Made by a program: the position numbers and the translations under genes
Notes under the pieces: generated by a model
Seen by the model: only the letters and a program-made list of their open reading frames with translations
The model's database searches: none
What the model was told of the DNA's origin: nothing
Shown: positions 42,870-52,586 of the stretch, piece after piece
How the letters are laid out: every line of letters begins with the position of its first letter
Position numbering within the stretch: position 1 is the first letter of the stretch
Virus record (IMG/VR): IMGVR_UViG_3300023179_005186
Location: 124,001 to 188,000 of that record
Length of the DNA: 64,000 bases
Reading direction: 5' to 3' (one strand)

Positions 42870-45131
42870 ATGAATTTAATATATGTATTTGATAATTATT
42901 ATTTTAATATTACAAATACATTTGTTATTAAAAATATTAAAAGATGGATAATATATGAATTACTAAATTTAATAAATAGTAATATATATGAAAATATTAT
43001 TTTAATAAAAACAGGACCAACTATATGTTCATGTAAATTAAATTTAAAAAAAGATAACGTTATTATTAGAATTATTGAAATAATTAATAGTATAATTTAT
43101 AAAAAATATAATACTTATCCTAATATTAATTTAAAAAGAATAATTGATGAATTAAATAATTATTCTGATCAAAATAATAAAATTATTATATTTACTGCTA
43201 TTTATCAACCTGGTTTAACTCAATACAATAAAGAATATCTTAATAAAATTTTAAAAAAATTTAATTCATCTGTTGTTTTTTACAATATTTCAAAATATAA
43301 ATTTTTAAATTTGAACTTTCAAAATATAACAGAAGTATTTATTGATTTTAGAATTAAAGATATTTCAAAATTAATATTACCAATTATTTTTTCAATTGAT
43401 GAAATTGATTTTTCAGATGAATTAAAAAAAGAAACAGAAATTATACTTGTGCAAAATATTTATAATTATTTAGAATTATTAGAGTTTATAAATTATGAAT
43501 TTTTACAAAATGATAAATCTATACAAATTGATGAAAATGATCAAAGAAATCAATTAAATTATAAATTTATATTTTATTATATTTTATTATCAAATAAGTT
43601 AGAAAGAATATTAATAAAAAAAATTAATTATGATGATTTAGAAAATATCATGTTAAAATTTTTAAATATTGATTTAGATAGTTTTGAAATTAATAAAGAA
43701 ATAATTATATTATTAAAAAATTTTAAAAATGTTATAGAAAATATATTTAATAGAAATAAAGATATTTGCCCAATTATAATACCTACTAATCAATTAAATG
43801 AAGAATCATTAAATGTTATATATATATTAGAGTTTTATAAAGAAATTTATTCTAAATTTATTAATTATCATATTGATTCAAATAAAAAAAATTTTAAAAT
43901 ATTAAATGTTAAAACAACTGAAATTTTAATGAAAAATTTAAAATTAATTAATAAAATTAATACAAATGATATTTTAGATAATTCTAAACTGTATATGATG
44001 TCTAATATTACATTAAGTAATTGGTTAGATGAATTTAATGAATTTAATCCATTTGGTATTTTAATTAAATATGATATATCTAAATTTGCTTATAAAGGAT
44101 TAATAGATGAATATTCATCTATAATTTATAATTATCCAGAAATGATAATAAATTCAGTTTCTAATAATTGGGTTAGTCTATATGATTATTATCAAATGAT
44201 TTTAGCAGATGTAAATTATGAAAATGATGAAGAATGTATAAAAAAAAATCATCAATTTAATTTAAATGAATTTATTATTATTGATAATTTAAATGGAGAT
44301 TCTAATGTTATGCTACCAATTTATATTAATAAAAATCACTGGAGATTAGTTAAAAATGTTTGGTCTTATCATATGACTTTTATTAATAATTCATTTGAAT
44401 ATCAGTATAATAAAAAAATGGATAATATATATTATTTGGTTTTACTAAAATGTTTTAATAATTTAAATGATAATACTAAATCTAATAATAATTTATTCAG
44501 ATTATTCATTTGTATTTTAAGAACATGTGCACAGATTAATATTGATAATAAATATATTAATAGCGTTAAAAATGAAAAAGATAAATATTTTAACAAAATA
44601 GTAAATTTTATAAAAATAGAATCAGACAATAAATATTTTAAATTTAAACATGTTTTTATTGATTATTTAATTAGAACTATTCAATTAATTGTTTCTTTTA
44701 ATTCAGATATTCTTACATTAAAAAAAGAACTAGTGTATATTAGAAATATAAAAATTTCTATGTTTATAGAATATAATTTTTCTTCTGACTACTGGAAAAA
44801 TATTAACAATATTTTTAATGATGATAAAGAAAATGAAATTTTAATTTTTAAAAATAAATGTATTGAAAATAATATATCATGGTTTAATTTAGAAAATGAC
44901 ATTATCTCATTGTGTGAATTTGTAAATTTAATATATAAAATAAAAAATTTTAATCAATTTTTAAAATATGTTGACTCTGTAAATGGATGTATACCTGTAG
45001 ATATAGAAGGTTTAATTAATTGTGAAATAATTAAAAATATTTATAATAAATTAGAAAATAATAAAGAATTTAATATAGATTTTTATTTGAAAGAAATTGA
45101 TTTTAATAATTTAATACCTATAGATAATTAA
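42870..45131 (+). CDS. Hypothetical protein
   Basis: 753-aa ORF. Confidence 0.75.
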   Translation: MNLIYVFDNYYFNITNTFVIKNIKRWIIYELLNLINSNIYENIILIKTGPTICSCKLNLKKDNVIIRIIEIINSIIYKKYNTYPNINLKRIIDELNNYSDQNNKIIIFTAIYQPGLTQYNKEYLNKILKKFNSSVVFYNISKYKFLNLNFQNITEVFIDFRIKDISKLILPIIFSIDEIDFSDELKKETEIILVQNIYNYLELLEFINYEFLQNDKSIQIDENDQRNQLNYKFIFYYILLSNKLERILIKKINYDDLENIMLKFLNIDLDSFEINKEIIILLKNFKNVIENIFNRNKDICPIIIPTNQLNEESLNVIYILEFYKEIYSKFINYHIDSNKKNFKILNVKTTEILMKNLKLINKINTNDILDNSKLYMMSNITLSNWLDEFNEFNPFGILIKYDISKFAYKGLIDEYSSIIYNYPEMIINSVSNNWVSLYDYYQMILADVNYENDEECIKKNHQFNLNEFIIIDNLNGDSNVMLPIYINKNHWRLVKNVWSYHMTFINNSFEYQYNKKMDNIYYLVLLKCFNNLNDNTKSNNNLFRLFICILRTCAQINIDNKYINSVKNEKDKYFNKIVNFIKIESDNKYFKFKHVFIDYLIRTIQLIVSFNSDILTLKKELVYIRNIKISMFIEYNFSSDYWKNINNIFNDDKENEILIFKNKCIENNISWFNLENDIISLCEFVNLIYKIKNFNQFLKYVDSVNGCIPVDIEGLINCEIIKNIYNKLENNKEFNIDFYLKEIDFNNLIPIDN

Positions 45132-45179
45132 TCTACCTAAAAAATTGAATAAATAATTAAATATTTAAAATTATAAATT

Positions 45180-47126
45180 ATGAAAATTAAAGATATAATT
45201 ACACAACTAAAAAATGATCCAGAAAATATTATTAATTCTTTGGATCAAACAAATTTAAAAAAATTAATTGATTATCTTCTTGATAAATATCATAATGAAA
45301 ATATATCATTAGTTTCAGATCAATTATTTGATTTTATTAAAGATTATTATGACAAAAAATTTGGAAAAATTAAACAAGTTGGTGCTCCTCTTAAATCAGA
45401 AAATAATAAAATAAAATTACCTTATTATATGGGTAGTTTAGATAAAATTAAACCATCGACCGGAACATTTAATAAATGGATTAATAATTATCCAGGACCA
45501 TATGTAATTTCATATAAATTAGATGGTATCTCAGCATTATTATATAAATCTAATGGTAAAATTCAATTATTTACAAGAGGTAATGGTATCGAAGGTAAAG
45601 ATATTAGTCACTGTATTAATTTAATTGGAATTAATGTATCAAAATTAATTGATGGAGATGCAATACGTGGTGAGTTAATTATAAGCAAAGAAAATTTTAA
45701 AAAAATTGCAGATAAGATGGCAAATGCAAGAAATGCTGTATCAGGTATTATAAATACTAAAAAACCAAATCCTGAAATGTTAAAATTAATTGATTTTGTT
45801 TCATACTGGGTTCTTAATCCAGAATTTAAATGCTCTGATCAACTTAAATATATTGAAAAAAAAGAATTTGTTCCAAGAACAGTTTATTATGAAAATAAAG
45901 AAAAAATAACTATTGATTTATTATCTGAAATGTTAATTAATTCAAGAAAATCTTATAAATATGAAATTGATGGAATTGTTGTTATTGATAATTCAAAATT
46001 TTATGGTCAAGAAATTGGTTCTAATCCAGACTGGGGATTTGCTTTCAAACAAGTTTTAACAGATCAAATTACAGAATCAACAGTTGTAGATGTTATTTGG
46101 GAAATTTCTAAAGATAGATATATTAAACCTAAAATTAAAATTGATACAATTGAACTACTAGGATCTGAAATAACTTTTGCAACAGCTTTTAATGCAAAAT
46201 ATATTGTTGATAATGTGATTGGTCCAGGTGCAATTGTTAAGATAATAAAATCTGGAGATGTTATACCATATATTCAAGAAATTATTAAATCAGCTGATAC
46301 TGGTAAACCAAAAATGCCTAATATGAAATATGAATGGAATGATACAAATGTTGATATTATAGCTGTTGATTTAGATGAAAAAAATATGAATAAAATTATT
46401 GTAAAAAAATTAACATATTTTTTTTCTGAACTTGATATTAGATTTATGGCAGAAGGTACAATTGAAAAATTTGTTAATAATGGATATAATGATTTACCAA
46501 AAATTCTTAAAGCAAAAAAAAATGATTTATACAAAATTGATGGCCTTGGTACAAAATCTATAGATAAAATTTATGAAAGTATTGATTTAGGCTTAACTGG
46601 TAGAAAAATTTATGAAATTATGGCTGCTAGTCAAATTTTTGGAAGAGGTATTGGAACTAAAAAATTTAAACTAATTATTGATGATTATTCTAATATTCTA
46701 GAAATTTATAAAGAAAATGGAAAAGAACATGTTACAAAGTTAATTAATACTATTAACGGATTTGATACAAAAACTACTAATAAAATTGTTGATAATCTAG
46801 ATGCATTTATTGCTTTTTTAAATAATTTAATAAAAATAAAACCTAATTTATTAATTCAAACAAATTCTAAATCTGAACCAACGTTAGCTGATAAAAATAT
46901 ATTAAATCAATTTCAAAATAAAACAATTGTTTTTACTGGTTTTAGAGATAAAGATATCGAAAAAAAATTAGAAAATATTGGTGTTAAAATTACTACTTCA
47001 GTTAGTAATAATACTAATTTTGTTATTGCTTTAGATCCAAATGAAGAATCATCTAAAATTCTTAAAGCTAAAGAATTAAAAATAGAAATTATTTCAAAAG
47101 ATAAATTCTATGAAATTATTAAATAA
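45180..47126 (+). CDS. ligA: NAD-dependent DNA ligase
   Basis: MGSLDK, KLDG adenylation motif, TRGNG, RGE, EIDGIV, AFK, SGDVIP, HhH and C-terminal BRCT (VFTGFR); AAAATTGA at 45141-45148. Confidence 0.95.
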   Translation: MKIKDIITQLKNDPENIINSLDQTNLKKLIDYLLDKYHNENISLVSDQLFDFIKDYYDKKFGKIKQVGAPLKSENNKIKLPYYMGSLDKIKPSTGTFNKWINNYPGPYVISYKLDGISALLYKSNGKIQLFTRGNGIEGKDISHCINLIGINVSKLIDGDAIRGELIISKENFKKIADKMANARNAVSGIINTKKPNPEMLKLIDFVSYWVLNPEFKCSDQLKYIEKKEFVPRTVYYENKEKITIDLLSEMLINSRKSYKYEIDGIVVIDNSKFYGQEIGSNPDWGFAFKQVLTDQITESTVVDVIWEISKDRYIKPKIKIDTIELLGSEITFATAFNAKYIVDNVIGPGAIVKIIKSGDVIPYIQEIIKSADTGKPKMPNMKYEWNDTNVDIIAVDLDEKNMNKIIVKKLTYFFSELDIRFMAEGTIEKFVNNGYNDLPKILKAKKNDLYKIDGLGTKSIDKIYESIDLGLTGRKIYEIMAASQIFGRGIGTKKFKLIIDDYSNILEIYKENGKEHVTKLINTINGFDTKTTNKIVDNLDAFIAFLNNLIKIKPNLLIQTNSKSEPTLADKNILNQFQNKTIVFTGFRDKDIEKKLENIGVKITTSVSNNTNFVIALDPNEESSKILKAKELKIEIISKDKFYEIIK

Positions 47127-47132
47127 AAATTT

Positions 47133-48494
47133 TTATATTGACTTTATTATTTTAATTATATCAGTTGTTGAAATTTCATTAAATCTAGATATGTATTTAT
47201 AATTATTTAATTCGAATGCTCCTGGATACCATTCCTTGTCTTTATTTCCTTTATATTCTTCACCTATGATTACTACATCATATTCACCTTTTTCTATTAA
47301 ATCTTTTGTTATTACTAACGGATAATTTTCTACTATTTCATCTACATATTTACATAATTCGACAGTTTTATATCTAATTTTTTCATTAATAATTGGTTTT
47401 CTTTTATAATTTGCACATACATCATCTCCATGAACTCCAACTATTAATTTTATTGGAACATTAAATGACTCATAAATTTTTTTAAATAATATCATATGTC
47501 CTAAATGACACATATCAAATACTCCACAACAAAATACTCTTAATTTAGTTTCTTTTACTATAAACAGATTTATTTTTAATTCATTTGCAATCCTATTCAT
47601 AATGTTTATAACATAGTTTATTATTATTGGTGTTAGTAATATTGGATTTAATGTAAAAATACAAGGAAAAATACATAATAAATTACTTGATCTTTTTTTA
47701 AAAATTTTAAATGTTATTAATTCTAATAATAAAATTGAATCAACTATGGTTATTGTCCATATAAATTTTGTTGGATATATTATAATTGAAATATACTTTA
47801 TTAAATACCAAACACCTATAAAAAAACCTAATTTAATATTACTAGAATTTGCATTTTTTTCATATATTAATTTTAATAATTTACAAATATTTAATAATAA
47901 TATTCCACCTATAAATAAAAATAAAATATTGTTATTTATTAATATTTTTGGTAATTTTAATCCACATAAAAATACTAGTGATGTTGTTGTTAGAATTAAA
48001 GATACATCTGTTAAACCTTCAAATATAATTTTTCCTTTAATAATTGCCTCATAATGTGGTATCATAAAATGAAAACTTCCTGCTGTTAATAAATAATTTG
48101 ATATATTTTGATCAACTTCAAAATGATACATTAAACAATCGAAAATAATTCCAGCATTTACTAAATCAATTATATGATCTAAATATTCTCCAATTATTGA
48201 TGTATTTTTTATATTTCTAGCATGTATACCATCTATAGCATCAAAATTCATATATAAAAAAACACATATACCCATTATCATATTTGAAGAATAATTTTTA
48301 AAAATATTATAACCAAAAATTACTGATATTAATCCTAATAATGTAATTATATTTGGATGAATATATTTTGGTATCATTTTTTGTACTAATTCCCAAAAAA
48401 ATCTATATCTTTTTGTTAAAAATGTATTGTCTACAGATACATATTTATATTTTTTATAAAAATCTAAATTTTCAATTGATAAATATTTTTTCAT
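47133..48494 (-). CDS. Fusion of choline/ethanolamine phosphotransferase (CDP-alcohol phosphotransferase) and cytidylyltransferase
   Basis: YKYVSVD...PNIITLLG and DAIDGIHAR...SIIGEYLDHIID; C-terminal GVFDMCHLGH, LIVGVH.D, KYVDE and RFNEISTTDII. Confidence 0.9.
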   Translation of the reverse strand: MKKYLSIENLDFYKKYKYVSVDNTFLTKRYRFFWELVQKMIPKYIHPNIITLLGLISVIFGYNIFKNYSSNMIMGICVFLYMNFDAIDGIHARNIKNTSIIGEYLDHIIDLVNAGIIFDCLMYHFEVDQNISNYLLTAGSFHFMIPHYEAIIKGKIIFEGLTDVSLILTTTSLVFLCGLKLPKILINNNILFLFIGGILLLNICKLLKLIYEKNANSSNIKLGFFIGVWYLIKYISIIIYPTKFIWTITIVDSILLLELITFKIFKKRSSNLLCIFPCIFTLNPILLTPIIINYVINIMNRIANELKINLFIVKETKLRVFCCGVFDMCHLGHMILFKKIYESFNVPIKLIVGVHGDDVCANYKRKPIINEKIRYKTVELCKYVDEIVENYPLVITKDLIEKGEYDVVIIGEEYKGNKDKEWYPGAFELNNYKYISRFNEISTTDIIKIIKSI

Positions 48495-48589
48495 TAATAT
48501 TATAACTTTGAAAAAATTTAAATTATTTATATTTATTAAAAAAAAAATATATATAAAATCAAAATAGATATCATTATTTATAATATTGA

Positions 48590-49870
48590 ATGCAAATAGA
48601 TAGTAAAAAACTTACTAATAATTTTAAAAGTTGTATTTTATTAAATGAAAATACAAATAATAATAAATCAGATTTGCAAAATAATAAAGAAAAAAAAAGA
48701 AATGAAAAAAATAAGTTTGATGAATCAAAAGATATTTTAGATCAATCTGAACGAATGCCTGCAAAAAAAATTAAATTTTTTCTTAAAAATTCACAGAATA
48801 TTGATGATGAATCAGAATATACTAATACTCCTAAGGCAAAATTTCATTGTGATAATATATTATGTGATCATAAAAAATATTTTCCTAAATGGTATGAATT
48901 AAATAAAATAAATTTAACAAAAATTAATACATTAGATGATCTTATGAAATTAGCAGAGTATTATCATTGTAGAATGAGAAGAAATTATAATGGTATTGAT
49001 CTTAAAATATTATTTGAAATTACTAATTATCTAAAAGAATTAAATTCAATGATTGGATTAAATATTCTAAAAGAAGAAATTGTTAATATGATTATTTATT
49101 TAATGATTATTAAAAATTCAGATAAAGGTTTAACTCCTGATATGCTTCATGCTGTTGTTACTGGAAGTCCTGGTTGTGGTAAAACAACTTTTATTGAAAT
49201 TGTTGCAAAGATTTATACAAAACTTGGTGTTTTAAAAAAAGGTCATATTGTTAAAGCAAAACGTTCAGAATTAATTGGAAAATATCTAGGTCATACTGCT
49301 GTACAAACTCAACAAAAAATTAATGAGGCAAAAGGTGGAATTTTATTAATTGATGAAGCGTATTCTTTAGGTAATCCCGAAGGTAGAGATTCTTTTTCAA
49401 AAGAATGTATTGATACCTTAAATCAAGCACTTTCTGAAAACAAAGATGACTTTATTTGTATTATTGCTGGATATAAAAATGCATTAGATAGTTCTTTTTT
49501 TAATTATAATGAAGGATTAAGACGAAGATTTCCATTTAGATTTGATATCAAAACTTATACTGCTGAAGAATTAACATTAATATTTATGAAAAAAATTACT
49601 GAACACAATTATTGGATAATTGAATTTAAGAATGAAGAAGTAGAAGAAATAATAAAAAAAAATTTTAAATTATTTGAAAATCAAGGTGGTGATATTGAAT
49701 CACTTTTTTTAAATTTAAAAATTGTTCATAATAAAAGGGTATTTTTATTACCTATTATTGAAAAAAAAAAATTATTAATTATTGATGTAAAAGAATCTAT
49801 TGAAAAATTTATTAAATTAAAAGGTGATTATATCAATAAATATGAAACACCATTTGGATTATACGTTTAA
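48590..49870 (+). CDS. AAA+ ATPase (CbbX/SpoVK-like)
   Basis: GSPGCGKTT, LIGKYLGHT, ILLIDEAYSL, IIAGY and NEGLRRRF. Confidence 0.9.
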   Translation: MQIDSKKLTNNFKSCILLNENTNNNKSDLQNNKEKKRNEKNKFDESKDILDQSERMPAKKIKFFLKNSQNIDDESEYTNTPKAKFHCDNILCDHKKYFPKWYELNKINLTKINTLDDLMKLAEYYHCRMRRNYNGIDLKILFEITNYLKELNSMIGLNILKEEIVNMIIYLMIIKNSDKGLTPDMLHAVVTGSPGCGKTTFIEIVAKIYTKLGVLKKGHIVKAKRSELIGKYLGHTAVQTQQKINEAKGGILLIDEAYSLGNPEGRDSFSKECIDTLNQALSENKDDFICIIAGYKNALDSSFFNYNEGLRRRFPFRFDIKTYTAEELTLIFMKKITEHNYWIIEFKNEEVEEIIKKNFKLFENQGGDIESLFLNLKIVHNKRVFLLPIIEKKKLLIIDVKESIEKFIKLKGDYINKYETPFGLYV

Positions 49871-49899
49871 AAAATTTTTATATAAATAATAAATATAAA

Positions 49900-50282
49900 T
49901 TTGTTCAAAAACTTTCTTTTTACTTTAACTCTAAAGATTCTGAATTTATTGTTAATACACAAAATATTAGTACAAAGCTAAATAATTTAATTCAACAAGT
50001 TATTATTAGAACTCCTATTTATAATAAATGTGGAAAAAAATTGAATATAAAGCTAATAAGTTTCTTCTACAGAAATGCTTGTTAGAATTTATAATACATA
50101 CTTTATTGAAGGAAAAGGAACAATTAATTGGAAATACTCATTTATCAACGATAAACCTAATTTTTTATATCCTGTAGGTGTAATGGCTGAATCAAATATA
50201 GTGTTAGGCACTGGTATTTTTTTAATTTGAAAGGTAGTTACATTATATCCTACTCATGATTTATTAAAAAATGTAAAAATAT
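49900..50282 (+). pseudogene. Degraded ORF abutting element B
   Basis: Frameshifted coding-like segments TPIYNKCGKK and YNTYFIEGKGTINWKYSF...VLGTGIF; limits are approximate. Confidence 0.45.
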
Positions 50283-50284
50283 TA

Positions 50285-50548
50285 CACCCATTTACAAAAA
50301 AATGGGACAGTTTTATTTATGTTTTTTTAAAAATTCATTTGCTCTTAAAAAAGAAAGACCTTTAAAATATAAAAGGAATTATGATTTAGAAAAAGGAGAG
50401 ATAATAAAAGAAATAAAACAAAAGGTGATAACCCCTAACAAAAATGACACTACAAATCAGGGGGTCAAGTATCAACCAAGCCTATAATAGGTGCAATTAT
50501 GCCTTTAATTTACAAATTAAGAGTGTCCCACTTTTTTGTAAATGGGTG
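50285..50548. mobile_element. Element B: 264-bp MITE-like element with TA duplication
   Basis: TA|CACCCATTTACAAAAAAATGGGACA ... TGTCCCACTTTTTTGTAAATGGGTG|TA; TIRs match at 24 of 25 positions. Confidence 0.88.
50424..50523 (+). ncRNA. Candidate structured RNA (omega-RNA-like) abutting the right TIR of element B
   Basis: Stems ggtgata/tatcaacc, acccct/gggggt, gccta/taggt and ttaatt/aattaa. Confidence 0.4.
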
Positions 50549-50614
50549 TAATAAATAATATAAAATTAATATTTTTTAACAAAAAAATTTTTATATAACC
50601 CTTATATATATAAA

Positions 50615-50707
50615 ATGTCAGAATTAGCTAAAAATATATTAATTGGTATCGCTATCTTTTTTGCTATTATTTTTTTATTATATATTATATTAGTGGCAGA
50701 TAAATAA
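50615..50707 (+). CDS. 30-aa single-TM micropeptide (below the ORF-track cutoff)
   Basis: MSELAKNILIGIAIFFAIIFLLYIILVADK*. Confidence 0.5.
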   Translation: MSELAKNILIGIAIFFAIIFLLYIILVADK

Positions 50708-50774
50708 AAAATTTTTTTTAAAATAAAAAATTTTAATAATTTATTTAAATTTTTAATATATATTTTAAATTATA

Positions 50775-51608
50775 ATGTCTAATCCTACAAATAGTTCATC
50801 TAATATTAGTAATAAAAGATGTATAAGTAAATTTTATTTTGGTACAAAAGATTCAAATCCTTTTGTTTACCATAATAAAGATACTGAAAAAAAAAAATCT
50901 ATTAATAAAAAAAGAAAACATAAAAATGATGAATCTGATAATGAAGATGAAGATGAAGAAAGTGATGATCCTTTTACAATAAACAAAATATTTTATGAAA
51001 ATAAAATATTTCTTAAGGAAAATCATTTGTATTTTCATACTAATGTAAATCAAAAATCTTGTGAACTAGTTAAACAATTAATGAGAACTTATAGTTCTAA
51101 ATTTAATAAATTACAAAAAACTCATACTTGTGTTAAATTTGAATGTAAGCCATTGTATATACATATATATTCTCCAGGAGGAGATGTTTATGCAGGTCTT
51201 GCTCTTTATGATTTTATAATACAATATCGTGAACATATTCCTATCTATACAATTGTAGAAGGAATTGCTGCTAGTGCAGCAACATTTATTTCTGTTGCTG
51301 GAACAAAGAGATTTATTACACCAAGTTCATATATGTTAATTCATCAACTTTCCACATTTATGTATGGAAACTTTGAACAATTAAAAGACGAATTTGATAA
51401 TTCAAAAAAACTTATGGATAAAATTATGAATATTTATTCAGAACATACTACTATTACAAAAAAACGTATTCCTAAAATACTTAAGCATGATTTAATTTGG
51501 GATGCTGAAGAATGTGTTCAAAATGGACTTGTTGATAAAATTAAATTAGTCGACTTGTTTAATGATGAAGATAAAGATGATGATCAAGAAGAAAATAATG
51601 AAGAATAA
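50775..51608 (+). CDS. clpP: ClpP-like serine protease
   Basis: IYSPGGDV, GIAASAA (Ser), MLIHQ (His) and HDLIWDAEEC..GLVD (Asp). Confidence 0.9.
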   Translation: MSNPTNSSSNISNKRCISKFYFGTKDSNPFVYHNKDTEKKKSINKKRKHKNDESDNEDEDEESDDPFTINKIFYENKIFLKENHLYFHTNVNQKSCELVKQLMRTYSSKFNKLQKTHTCVKFECKPLYIHIYSPGGDVYAGLALYDFIIQYREHIPIYTIVEGIAASAATFISVAGTKRFITPSSYMLIHQLSTFMYGNFEQLKDEFDNSKKLMDKIMNIYSEHTTITKKRIPKILKHDLIWDAEECVQNGLVDKIKLVDLFNDEDKDDDQEENNEE

Positions 51609-51666
51609 AATTTATTTTTACTTAATATATTAAATATTACATTAAATATAATATATGTTTAATTTA

Positions 51667-51693
51667 GAGCGGTGCGTATTTTAAATGCCGATT
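51667..51693 (+). mobile_element. Solo TIR-like end (element D)
   Basis: TA|GAGCGGTGCGT-ATTTTAAATGCCGATT; same 11-nt spacing to ATTTNAAAYG as the ends of A and C; no partner seen. Confidence 0.5.
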
Positions 51694-51836
51694 TTAATGA
51701 CAAAAAAAATATTTATAACTAGATGAATTTAAGATCATTAATAACATAAAATAGTTTATTATCTATACAGATGATAAATATTTATTAACATATTTTATTT
51801 TAGATGTTAAATAGATGTAATAAATATACTAAATAA

Positions 51837-51886
51837 TCTGGTCTTAAGACCATAAAATTTTAAAAATATTCATAGTTTAAGATGAT
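51837..51886 (+). repeat. 50-bp unit; intact copy of the site interrupted by element C
   Basis: 45/50 identical to 51919-51945 joined to 52505-52527. Confidence 0.85.
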
Positions 51887-51945
51887 ATTTAAGAGGATTT
51901 AGAATTTTTATTTAGATTTCTGGTCTTGAGATGATAAAGTTTTTA

Positions 51946-52502
51946 CACCTTTTCTCATTTGAAACGCCCATTTATAATAAAAAAAATTGAAACACTTTTA
52001 TTATATTGTACTATTATTACATAAAACACATTTATCTGTAAAATGTATGCCGTTGTTAGATATAACGATTATCGTAAAGAACAAGATTTTGAAATCATTG
52101 CAACTACTACTGATGTAGAATATGCTAAAAAAATAGCATTTAATAAAATCAAAGAAAACATACAAAACATGCCTGAATGTAAAAATGACGATGAACTTTA
52201 TAAAATAGAAACATATATTGAAACAGAATATTTCCAACCAATAAATAAAGAAATAATATCTTATAGAATTATCAAAGTAAAAAAGTGTAAAAACAAATTC
52301 AAAAAAATATATCATTATACAACTAAATATGCTGTTGTTGAATTTGCAGTAGGAAATTCTGAAAATTTAGAAGAAATAGATACTTCTCTCATATGTGATG
52401 ATTATATTATTGATGACGATGAATAAAAAGCAAATAAAAATGGAGGGAAACCTCTTTTTTTATTTACTCCCATAATGTGGGCGTTTTAAATGAGAAAATG
52501 TG
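51946..52502. mobile_element. Element C: 557-bp TIR element carrying one cargo gene
   Basis: TA|CACCTTTTCTCATTTGAAACGCCCA ... TGGGCGTTTTAAATGAGAAAATGTG|TA; TIRs match at 23 of 25 positions. Confidence 0.9.
52043..52426 (+). CDS. Hypothetical cargo protein of element C
   Basis: 127 aa; own AAAATTGA at 51983-51990 and a 3' hairpin gagg-gaaa-cctc. Confidence 0.8.
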   Translation: MYAVVRYNDYRKEQDFEIIATTTDVEYAKKIAFNKIKENIQNMPECKNDDELYKIETYIETEYFQPINKEIISYRIIKVKKCKNKFKKIYHYTTKYAVVEFAVGNSENLEEIDTSLICDDYIIDDDE

Positions 52503-52586
52503 TAAAATATTCATAGTTTAAGATGATTTTAATAAGTATAAATTTTTTTTTTAATATAATAAGAATATACAAATATATATAGTATA

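Noticed and set aside
50302-50487. Stand-alone 61-aa gene
   Set aside because: Its ATG lies inside the TIR of element B; it is better read as a remnant.
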